DNA of 64,000 nt from the IMG/VR virus record IMGVR_UViG_3300030618_000005. The stretch is one strand, 5' to 3'. Position numbers and translations under genes: made by a program. Shown here piece after piece: positions 55,993 through 64,000 of the stretch. The first letter of the stretch is position 1; every line of letters starts with the position of its first letter. Source of the stretch: a virus (lineage: Duplodnaviria > Heunggongvirae > Uroviricota > Caudoviricetes). A model generated the notes under the pieces. That model searched no databases. It was given only the letters and a program-made list of their open reading frames with translations, and was not told where the DNA came from.

Positions 55993-57384
55993 ATGGCAGT
56001 CGATCTTGGCCCTCGTCTGGGCTTGCTTATCAACGCGGACATCGGGGAAGCGTACTACGACCAGTTCCGACCCTTCCTTCGTGCTATCGATGCCCTCCTT
56101 CTGGGAGCAGTCATCAACACGACCACCACAGCCCCGCCAAGCTCTCCGTCGAACGGGGATGCCTATTTACTCAAGGGAACCCCCTCGGGCGCGTGGACGG
56201 GCCAACACAACGCGATTGCGGTATGGTCTACAGAGATAACCCAGAGCGGAAATAACACCAAGGTGCCGGGGTGGGAGTTTTTCCTTCCCAACGCCGGGTG
56301 GACCGTATGGGATACGGCGACGAGTACCCTACAGGTATTCTCGACCGGCACATGGGTCAACATCCTAGCCAACGTTGCATTGCTCAACGTTGATAATAAC
56401 TGGACAGCCACCCAGACGTTTGAAGACGGATGGACTTCTGCTTCCGACGTTTCAATCTCCACGGCATCGGCGGCGACGAGCAGCGACAACCAGAACTCAC
56501 CTGTGCTTGGACTGACGGGTGCATATTGGAATGGCACTGCATCAGCGCCAGACACTTGGTCTGTACAGGTTCAGCCGGGTACGGGAACCGACCCGACCAG
56601 TACTCTGTTCTTTAGTCACACAGGTTCAACTGGCACAGCTATCGTTCAGTACGCCACTGATGTTTTTGCCCTTGACTTCAACGGCAATAATGGTGACTTC
56701 AACGGTAACGTAAGTTGTGGAAGCCTATTTGCTTCCAATCAGGCGTTCCTCTATAGCAGCAACACAGCGACGGGCAGCAACAACCAGAACGCTGCTCCTC
56801 TGATCTTCCAGAGCAATTACTGGAACGGCTCAGCGAGTGTGCCGGACGACTGGCAGTTCGCCGTAAATCTTGGGACGGGTGCGAATCCCACCTCAACTCT
56901 GATCCTTACGCATACGAATGCATCCGGCTCAGGATTTGAGTTTCAAGTGCCGAACATTAGCGTTCAAGGAAACATCCAAGGCGCGTCCCTTGTGGTCCAA
57001 GGTGGGACACAATTTGATGCGGGGTTCTCCTCGCTAGGCACCTCAGTGCTAACCGCAGTGAGTGCAACCAGCACTAGCGGCAACATGGCGGCCCCTGAGT
57101 TCCGACACGCCAACCAGTATTGGGACGGCAGTGCATCGCAGTCCGACAACTGGAACTGGACATGCACCATCGGCACAGGCACGTCACCGACCACGCAGCT
57201 CACACTGCTTCACAATGGTTCCCCCGGCGATGCTGAGTTCCACGTACCAAACTTGAACCTTGACTCTGCTGTCACAGCGACAACTGCCACCGCAGGTAGT
57301 GAGACGCTTCCCTCCAACCCGCTTGGGTTCTGGGAGACAACGATCAATGGCACCACGGTGAAGATTCCGTACTACGCAGTATAA
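55993..57384 (+). CDS. tail fibre protein
   Basis: T/S/N-rich; conserved C-terminal module ..ETLPSNP....INGTTVKIPYYAV. Confidence 0.5.
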   Translation: MAVDLGPRLGLLINADIGEAYYDQFRPFLRAIDALLLGAVINTTTTAPPSSPSNGDAYLLKGTPSGAWTGQHNAIAVWSTEITQSGNNTKVPGWEFFLPNAGWTVWDTATSTLQVFSTGTWVNILANVALLNVDNNWTATQTFEDGWTSASDVSISTASAATSSDNQNSPVLGLTGAYWNGTASAPDTWSVQVQPGTGTDPTSTLFFSHTGSTGTAIVQYATDVFALDFNGNNGDFNGNVSCGSLFASNQAFLYSSNTATGSNNQNAAPLIFQSNYWNGSASVPDDWQFAVNLGTGANPTSTLILTHTNASGSGFEFQVPNISVQGNIQGASLVVQGGTQFDAGFSSLGTSVLTAVSATSTSGNMAAPEFRHANQYWDGSASQSDNWNWTCTIGTGTSPTTQLTLLHNGSPGDAEFHVPNLNLDSAVTATTATAGSETLPSNPLGFWETTINGTTVKIPYYAV

Positions 57385-57392
57385 GGAGCGAC

Positions 57393-57884
57393 ATGGCATC
57401 ACTCAACGAAATCACAGGCGGAGCTTTTCAGGATGCCTTGGGCAACGCTCTCGCGGGCGGCTCACTCATCTTTGAGTTGAGCCAAGACGCACAGGTCAAC
57501 GACACCACACAAGTCGTGTCCGGTTACAGGGTGACGGTGGACCTCGACGGCAGCGGCAACGTTGTCGCGGGGTCTGAGGTATGGCCGAACGACGTGCTCC
57601 TTCCCGCCAACACGTACTATAACGTGACGGCCTACAACGCGGACGGCCAGCGCGTGTGGGGACCGAACCCACAGCAAGTCATAAGCACGCCGTCCCCATT
57701 CAACATCGGGACTTGGGTGCCGCAGCAGATAGCAGTGCTACCACCAGCGCAGCTCGTCATTGCAGGGACCACACTCGCTACCACAGCAACAGGTGGGGCT
57801 GAGACGCTGCCCGCTAACCCAGTGGCGTTCTTGCCAGTGCTCATCAACGGCACGTCGTACAAGATAGCTCTCTATGCCGTCTAA
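57393..57884 (+). CDS. tail-module protein with the same C-terminal module
   Basis: ..ETLPANP..INGTSYKIALYAV. Confidence 0.45.
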   Translation: MASLNEITGGAFQDALGNALAGGSLIFELSQDAQVNDTTQVVSGYRVTVDLDGSGNVVAGSEVWPNDVLLPANTYYNVTAYNADGQRVWGPNPQQVISTPSPFNIGTWVPQQIAVLPPAQLVIAGTTLATTATGGAETLPANPVAFLPVLINGTSYKIALYAV

Positions 57885-57892
57885 AGGAAACC

Positions 57893-60800
57893 ATGCCTAA
57901 TCTTCTAGGACTCGCGGGCGCACAGCCTCAAAAACAAGTACGCTTCGCGCCGATCTACACCGGTCGTTGGTCCTCAGGTATCTGGACGAACCGAAGTCCT
58001 CTGCGTGATGCAGCGACCACTCGTATCGTAGAGAAGTTCTACGGTGCCAATGGTGACGCTCTGATAGCGGGTGTCAACGTAGAGGTAACTAACAAGCTTA
58101 CCCTAGCCCGTCGCTATGGCAACTCTGTCTACGATAACAACGGATGGAATGACGTAGACAGTTTTTATAACTTCCGTCTCTTCAGCCAGACCGATGAGCA
58201 GATCAAGATTATGGTCGATCAGACCTCGGCTCTCTACTCTTTGTATCAAGGGGTAAAGACCCTTGTATGGACGAAGACCAGCTCTAACGCGGGACAGTCG
58301 TACATGCAGAGCGTAGGGAATACGCTCTACTTCGGCAACGGTATCGATCAGAAGAAATGGCTTCAGACTCTCGTAGTGTGGGCAGCCGACACGAACTGGA
58401 CCGGCAACGGCACCCCGCTCGACACTACCTTCCTCATCGACCCTAATGGCAACATTCAGCAGCTCACGACCGCAGGCATCTCCGGGGGCACCGCGCCCAC
58501 ATGGAACCCGCAGGTACCGGCTGAGGGAAACAACTTTCAGGGAGGTCTCACAACCGATGGTACTACTGTCTGGACTAATCGTGGCAACCCTCTTGAGAAT
58601 TGGGGAATTGTTGCTCCTACGGGCACGCTTACACCCGTGGTTGGATCGTCACGAGTAGCGTGGACAGCCAACACCTCGTACTCTCTTGCTGGCGTAATCA
58701 TCGACACCAACGGTAATCTTCAGCAGGTATCCACAGTCGGTATGTCTGGTACGGCAACTCCGACATGGGCAACCAGTGTTGGGAGCACGACCACGGATGG
58801 TACCGCAGTCTGGACTATGATTCAGACCGCAGCCTCCCTAGTATGGGAAGCTCACACCGCGTACGCTGACGGGCACTTTGTCATCGGTAACGCAGCGGGC
58901 ACGAACAGCCTGTTTCAACTTTCGACTGGGCAGACCGTAAACATCAACAGTGGTAATGTCTCGCAGTACTTGTACAACGCGGGGTCTATCTCCGGTACGA
59001 TTCAGCTCTACAACCCCGTGACCACTGGCAGCGCCATCGCCAGCTCAACCTCGTTGGAAAGCTTGTCGATGACCGGCATCCCGACAGGTTCGGGAGCGCA
59101 GGAGCAGTGGAACAACTTGAACGGCGCGGGCGAGACGACAGGGACTCAGGTTCCTTTCCCATCGATCCAGCATGACTTCCAGTCCATCATCCTTGGCACC
59201 TTCAACGTTCCTGTTGCAGGACAGTACGCTTTCCAGATCACATCACACGATGGCGTTCTCTGGGGCATCGGCGGCGGCGCTGCGCTTATATCAGGCACGA
59301 ATGTCAACCCGATCATCCCTAACCAGACAGTGACCTTGAACATGGGCTATCCTGTGTTCGGCGGTAATAACAACCGCTTCGAGGCGGGTGGGTTCTCCAC
59401 GAATAACTTTGTGGTCAACTTCCCTAGCGCGGGCACCTATGGCTTTGAGATCGATTACGCATACTGGTTCCACTCAGGTATGCAGCTTCAGGTCACGTGC
59501 AACGGCAACCCTATACCCTTCGGCACCCCGACGAGCGGCACGAACGAACCCGCATGGCCAGCATTCAGCACGGCGTTCGCGCCCGCGTATGCTACCGTGG
59601 TTGAATCCTCGGGTCAGTTCACATGGAGCAACATCGGGCCAGTCACAGACTTCGTTTGGACAGCGAAGACGAACTATACGCTTCCAGACACAACCATCAT
59701 CGATCCGGCCAGCAACACAGAAGCTCCTTTCCGTGCGGGCATCACCGGGACGACAGCACCGACATTCAATGCGGCACTCAACGGCTTGACGCTTGATAAT
59801 CCTCCTCTCATCTGGATCAATCAAGGGCCGTCTTCGTCACCACCTCCGGGGTCGCTAAGCACCTTCAATGGCGGCTGGCAGTACGCTATCGCACTTGTCA
59901 ACACGCTGGACAACACGGTATCAAATGCTGGACCGCTGTCAGCGGCCACGGGCAACCACATCGGTTTCGCGGGTGTGACGTTCGCTCCGGGTGCAGGACT
60001 CGACCCATCTATGATTGATCCGCAGGCCGACTTCGTAGCGATCTTCCGAACGACGGATGGACAGAGTACACCCTTCCTTATCCCCGGACCCGGAGACGAG
60101 ACGTACACGGTACCGCTTTCGACCTACCTCACATCGGGGTACGTTGACACGACACCGGACACCGGCTTGAACAACCTTATCTCCGCACCTCTTGAGGGAG
60201 AGAACACGCCGCCAGCATCGGGCGCTATCAACTTGGCGTATCACCTGAATCGCATCTGGTACAGCATAGGCAACATCGTGTACTGGACAGCAGGACCGGA
60301 TACACCGGTCGGCAACGGAGTCAACGGCACACCGCCTTTGAACTTCGACACCTTCCCGTCACTCGTCAAGCGACTCGTTCCTACCACAAGCGGTCTGATG
60401 GTCTTCACGGTCTCGGACGTTTACCTGATCCAAGGAAGCGGCACCTCAACTTCCCCGATCACGAGTGGCATACCGATCATGCAGGGCGTCGGTCTCTTGA
60501 GCTACAACGCTCTCGATATCAACGGTTCCATCATTGGCTTCTTCACGACCGACAGTCAGTTCTGTATCATCGACCCGGCTGCTGGTATCACGTACGCTGC
60601 ATTCCCAATTGGCGATCAGATTCGATTGGACACCGGACAACCGGGCGTCTCGTGGAATCCGGCAAACGTCTACGTGGCATGGCAGGTCACAGGTGAGGAC
60701 CAAGCATGGTACATTGGAGATGGTCAGTTTGGATGGTACCGCCTTATGCCGACACCGGCACCTGAGACGGGCTATACGTGGTGTCCTTTCGCTAACATCG

Positions 60801-61285
60801 TGGGAGGCGTCAAAGCCATACAGAGCATCGAGGTGTCACCCGGCATCCACAATCTGCTCCTTGGACCAACCGGTTCCGGCCCGATACTACACCGCGACCT
60901 GAACGCATACACCGACAACGGCGTAGCGTTTCCGGCCAGTGCAGTCCTCGGCTCCGCAGTCTTGGCGCAGCCCGGACAAATTGCAGAGGTTAGTTTCATA
61001 TCGACGGAAGCAGTGCGAATCGGAACACCGCTCGTACTGGGAGTAATTCTCGATGAGGCAGTCCCGTACTATACAGGGTCTTTCGAAATCTTGAAGCACT
61101 CCGTAAATGATCCTCCGACGTTGGCACCGAGTAAGTCACTCAACGCGCAGAGGTTCTACCTGACGGATGAACAAGAACCAGCGGTATGTCGCCACATGCA
61201 GGTCAATGTGGACTTCGGCGTCCAGTCGGCTGCTAATGAGTTACTCGCTCTGACGATCTATGGAGGGTTCCTACAGGAGGCCTAA
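57893..61285 (+). CDS. large tail fibre/central tail protein (1130 aa) with repeated PTW..DGT.VWT units
   Basis: At least 3 copies of a ~35-aa repeat; size and position. Confidence 0.5.
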   Translation: MPNLLGLAGAQPQKQVRFAPIYTGRWSSGIWTNRSPLRDAATTRIVEKFYGANGDALIAGVNVEVTNKLTLARRYGNSVYDNNGWNDVDSFYNFRLFSQTDEQIKIMVDQTSALYSLYQGVKTLVWTKTSSNAGQSYMQSVGNTLYFGNGIDQKKWLQTLVVWAADTNWTGNGTPLDTTFLIDPNGNIQQLTTAGISGGTAPTWNPQVPAEGNNFQGGLTTDGTTVWTNRGNPLENWGIVAPTGTLTPVVGSSRVAWTANTSYSLAGVIIDTNGNLQQVSTVGMSGTATPTWATSVGSTTTDGTAVWTMIQTAASLVWEAHTAYADGHFVIGNAAGTNSLFQLSTGQTVNINSGNVSQYLYNAGSISGTIQLYNPVTTGSAIASSTSLESLSMTGIPTGSGAQEQWNNLNGAGETTGTQVPFPSIQHDFQSIILGTFNVPVAGQYAFQITSHDGVLWGIGGGAALISGTNVNPIIPNQTVTLNMGYPVFGGNNNRFEAGGFSTNNFVVNFPSAGTYGFEIDYAYWFHSGMQLQVTCNGNPIPFGTPTSGTNEPAWPAFSTAFAPAYATVVESSGQFTWSNIGPVTDFVWTAKTNYTLPDTTIIDPASNTEAPFRAGITGTTAPTFNAALNGLTLDNPPLIWINQGPSSSPPPGSLSTFNGGWQYAIALVNTLDNTVSNAGPLSAATGNHIGFAGVTFAPGAGLDPSMIDPQADFVAIFRTTDGQSTPFLIPGPGDETYTVPLSTYLTSGYVDTTPDTGLNNLISAPLEGENTPPASGAINLAYHLNRIWYSIGNIVYWTAGPDTPVGNGVNGTPPLNFDTFPSLVKRLVPTTSGLMVFTVSDVYLIQGSGTSTSPITSGIPIMQGVGLLSYNALDINGSIIGFFTTDSQFCIIDPAAGITYAAFPIGDQIRLDTGQPGVSWNPANVYVAWQVTGEDQAWYIGDGQFGWYRLMPTPAPETGYTWCPFANIVGGVKAIQSIEVSPGIHNLLLGPTGSGPILHRDLNAYTDNGVAFPASAVLGSAVLAQPGQIAEVSFISTEAVRIGTPLVLGVILDEAVPYYTGSFEILKHSVNDPPTLAPSKSLNAQRFYLTDEQEPAVCRHMQVNVDFGVQSAANELLALTIYGGFLQEA

Positions 61286-61986
61286 TGCCAACGATAGCAG
61301 AAGCAACTAATCGTAACTTGTCCGGTTACACACCGGCTCAGAGACCTGCTAGTCCAGAAGCATCCTTACCTCCCACAACGGGACTCGAACCCGTAATGAG
61401 CACGATGATGCGTTGTCCGTTGCCTCCTATCTTTCAGGCGGCACCGGACAGCCTTCGTCAGTTCTATCAGGGCGGTAAGGTTCCTCAGAATCGATTCCTT
61501 TCACCAGTCGTGAATGGTATATCGGGCGGCAGTAGCGGCGGTAACGCAGTAGTCACAACGGTCGCACAGACGAGCGGGGGAAGCAATCCTCCTCCAGCTC
61601 AGACCGTGGCGAAGAACGTTGCGATCACAACCACAGTGCTAGGACCGGGGGCGCAGTTTCAAGGCACACTCGCGGTCTCGCGCAGCTACCAACTTCTTAG
61701 CGTGTCATCGAGTGTACCGGCGCGTGTGGAACTGTATGGAACGAACTTCCAGCAGATTGCAGACTTGTCTCGCGCACTTGATACGGCACCTCCTGCGGGC
61801 AGCACACAGGGCATCGTGACCGATGTAGCTCTCGACACAGCTCCACTAAGTTGGAGCTTCCAGAATCGCATAGGGGCTAACGGCGACAGCCCGCAAGCAC
61901 CCAACGCTTACATCACCATCACCAACCTGAGCAACGCGGCAGTCCCAGTAACGGTGAACGTGACATACGTTCCAATCGAGGCATAA
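61285..61986 (+). CDS. tail-module protein
   Basis: ATGA-coupled; S/T/G-rich. Confidence 0.4.
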   Translation: MPTIAEATNRNLSGYTPAQRPASPEASLPPTTGLEPVMSTMMRCPLPPIFQAAPDSLRQFYQGGKVPQNRFLSPVVNGISGGSSGGNAVVTTVAQTSGGSNPPPAQTVAKNVAITTTVLGPGAQFQGTLAVSRSYQLLSVSSSVPARVELYGTNFQQIADLSRALDTAPPAGSTQGIVTDVALDTAPLSWSFQNRIGANGDSPQAPNAYITITNLSNAAVPVTVNVTYVPIEA

Positions 61987-62774
61987 TGAATCGTGAAATA
62001 GTAGGCGGCGGGGGCGCAGCGATCTATCCCCTACAGGGCGACGTAGCTTCCACAGCAGGCAGCTCTACAGTCACGGTCCAAGGCATCCAAGGTGTACCGG
62101 TGGATGTCAGCTTCCCCACGGGCGGAGAGGTATTGACCTACGACGCTACTGAAGGGACGTTATCACTGGCAGCGCCAGCGGCGGGCGGCCCCACGTTAGA
62201 AACCAATGGCACACTCAACTCCACACAAACTCTTCTGAACCTTCAGGAGGGAACAAACATCACCCTGACGGAATCAGGCGGCACGGTGACGATCAATGCT
62301 CCGACGCCTACAGGCGCGAGTACGATTATCACTAACTTCCAACCCGGTAGCGTTTTTACCGGAACCGGAGCGGTACAAAACATTATCGGCTTTACCATAG
62401 CGGCTAACACAGTACCGGTAGGCAAAGGATTGGAGTTTGCATTCACAGCCGATGGAAGTACTGGCGCATTCGGTACGAACCTTTGGAACCTTGTTATCAA
62501 CGGAAGTATCAATCTCGGATGGAACGGTATAACTGGTACATCAGGGTATGCCTCCGGCGGATTCCGTATTGTCAACAATAACGGCTCGACAAGCGTGAAC
62601 TCTCTAGTGTCACTTCCCTTGTTCCAGAACACGGTCTCTGGTGGTATTGTAATTCCCGGTCCAGCCCAGACGAGCACCATCGCAACCACATCCGCGATCA
62701 CTGTGACACTCACTTGGAATGGTCCCAACACGATAACTACGCAGATCATACAGGCGTATCTTAGATTCATATAG
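61986..62774 (+). CDS. tail-module protein
   Basis: ATGA-coupled; G/T-rich. Confidence 0.4.
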   Translation: MNREIVGGGGAAIYPLQGDVASTAGSSTVTVQGIQGVPVDVSFPTGGEVLTYDATEGTLSLAAPAAGGPTLETNGTLNSTQTLLNLQEGTNITLTESGGTVTINAPTPTGASTIITNFQPGSVFTGTGAVQNIIGFTIAANTVPVGKGLEFAFTADGSTGAFGTNLWNLVINGSINLGWNGITGTSGYASGGFRIVNNNGSTSVNSLVSLPLFQNTVSGGIVIPGPAQTSTIATTSAITVTLTWNGPNTITTQIIQAYLRFI

Positions 62775-62787
62775 AAAGGATTTCAAA

Positions 62788-63600
62788 ATGGGTAACAACA
62801 TTCTTCAGCCGATCCCTATGACCCTGAATAACTACTTGCTTCAGAACGGTCAGACGGTACTCTCCAACACAGTCCCCGCAGCCCCAGAGGGCGCGACTAA
62901 CGTCACGTGGCAGTTCGACCAATTCGGAAATATCTCTGCTTACACCGAGGGCGGTGGCGGGGGTGGCACTGCGTCGGGACCGGTAAACTCTATTCAGACG
63001 ACTGACGGGGACGGTAACTTTACAGCCGTACCTAACTTACTGGCCGAGCAAATACCGTCGAGTACCTACGCCAGTGTAACGCTTAGTGGCAACAACGCGA
63101 ATGGTTTACGTCAAGGTTTCGTAGCGTCTCCCGCAGACCCTAATTTTTACTTTGATACCCTAAGCGAGGGAAACTTTCAGTTCCGTATCGGTGGCACCAG
63201 TCCTGTCGTTACCATAGCTTCCGGAGCAGTCGAGATATCACAATCGGCCATCACACTGACAGACGCCGGAACTCCTACGTTTGCTGATTCGAACATAGGT
63301 GCTATCTGGTTCTCCCAAGGCAGTAACGCTATAGAGCTTTTTTCATCCTCCAATCTGGGTACAGGGCAGTCGGGCGGGTATCTTGCGTTCAATAGTTCCA
63401 ACGGCGTTGACACACCTACCCAGACGTTCTTCACAAATAGCACAGGGTTTACTCTGAATGTTGGTTTGTTCCTGAACGGTAACTCAACTTCCACTAGTGC
63501 TACGGCGGGTGGTGCGTCTGCTCTACCGGCAACTCCAGCAGGGTACTTGGATATACAGATCAACGGTACGAACGCAAAGATTCCGTACTACGCGAACTAA
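62788..63600 (+). CDS. tail fibre protein with conserved C-terminal module
   Basis: Ends ..ALPATPAGYLDIQINGTNAKIPYYAN; N-terminus paralogous to next gene. Confidence 0.45.
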   Translation: MGNNILQPIPMTLNNYLLQNGQTVLSNTVPAAPEGATNVTWQFDQFGNISAYTEGGGGGGTASGPVNSIQTTDGDGNFTAVPNLLAEQIPSSTYASVTLSGNNANGLRQGFVASPADPNFYFDTLSEGNFQFRIGGTSPVVTIASGAVEISQSAITLTDAGTPTFADSNIGAIWFSQGSNAIELFSSSNLGTGQSGGYLAFNSSNGVDTPTQTFFTNSTGFTLNVGLFLNGNSTSTSATAGGASALPATPAGYLDIQINGTNAKIPYYAN

Positions 63601-63621
63601 GTAAGGCAATCGGAGAATAAA

Positions 63622-64000
63622 ATGGGCGCTCCCCTTCATCAGAACTTCTTTGAGTATCAGCCGACAAAAGACCTAAACCGTCTTCTGCGCGAGTATGGGC
63701 AGACGTGCCTGAGTGATACTCTCCCATCCCCGCCAGAGGGAATGGTCAACATCAACTGGCAGACGGATAGCATGGGCCACATCTCCGCCTATGTAGAACC
63801 GGGCGGAGGCGGGCAGGTCAACATTCTTCCAAAGGGTGAGTGGTCAAGCAGTACCTCTTACGTTCTAAACGATGTCGTATTCTATAACGGCGGAAGCTTT
63901 ATTGCTCTACAGGCCAGCACGGATGAGGTGCCCACTGATACAACTTTTTGGGCACCGTTCGCGGCTCAGGGGCCACAAGGAGAACCGGGCGACGGTGGCG
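63622..64000 (+). CDS. tail fibre paralog, partial (runs off window end)
   Basis: ATG 63622; N-terminus similar to 62788 gene; ends in collagen-like GPQGEPGDGG. Confidence 0.4.
   Translation, partial: MGAPLHQNFFEYQPTKDLNRLLREYGQTCLSDTLPSPPEGMVNINWQTDSMGHISAYVEPGGGGQVNILPKGEWSSSTSYVLNDVVFYNGGSFIALQASTDEVPTDTTFWAPFAAQGPQGEPGDGG

Noticed and set aside
1-64000. CRISPR arrays, rRNA genes, transposase or IS elements
   Set aside because: No regularly spaced direct repeats, no rRNA-like segments and no transposase motifs were seen.

Overview
This 64 kb window is part of a tailed dsDNA phage (or prophage) genome, about 55% GC, with no cellular housekeeping genes. I worked by hand, so hand-derived coordinates may be off by 1-2 nt and ORFs under 60 aa are largely unseen. 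All family calls come from motifs I read in the translations, not from database searches.

Layout:
- **1 to 37.1 kb** is almost entirely leftward-transcribed (minus strand) early and DNA-metabolism genes. These include a T4 Rnl1-like RNA ligase, two GNAT acetyltransferases, a PD-(D/E)XK nuclease, a BCS1-like AAA+ ATPase, an Rmf-like protein, a small tyrosine recombinase, a PEP-CTERM sorted protein, a DUF1257/DUF2997-like cluster, a metallophosphoesterase and a family A DNA polymerase.
- **Interruptions in the left arm:** a roughly 1.7 kb ORF-free repeat-rich hub at 24.0-25.7 kb, and an RNA cluster at 32.4-34.0 kb with tRNA(CAU), a tRNA-like gene overlapped by an HNH endonuclease ORF, and a circularly permuted (two-piece) tmRNA-like gene with its own sigma70-like promoter.
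- **From 37.2 kb** transcription runs rightward. This arm carries RNase H, an ORF-free early transcript, tRNA-Ala, tRNA-Pro, two atypical tRNA-like genes, a JAB/MPN metalloprotease, an endonuclease VII-like gene, a dual-specificity phosphatase, terminase large subunit, portal, major capsid protein plus terminator, and a long tail-fiber module with internal paralogy.

The two observations I rate highest:
- A basic-aromatic-acidic C-terminal peptide (GR[KR]FRDE) is shared by at least six otherwise unrelated proteins, including the terminase large subunit.
- A Tat-signal protein carries a copy of the major-capsid N-terminus.
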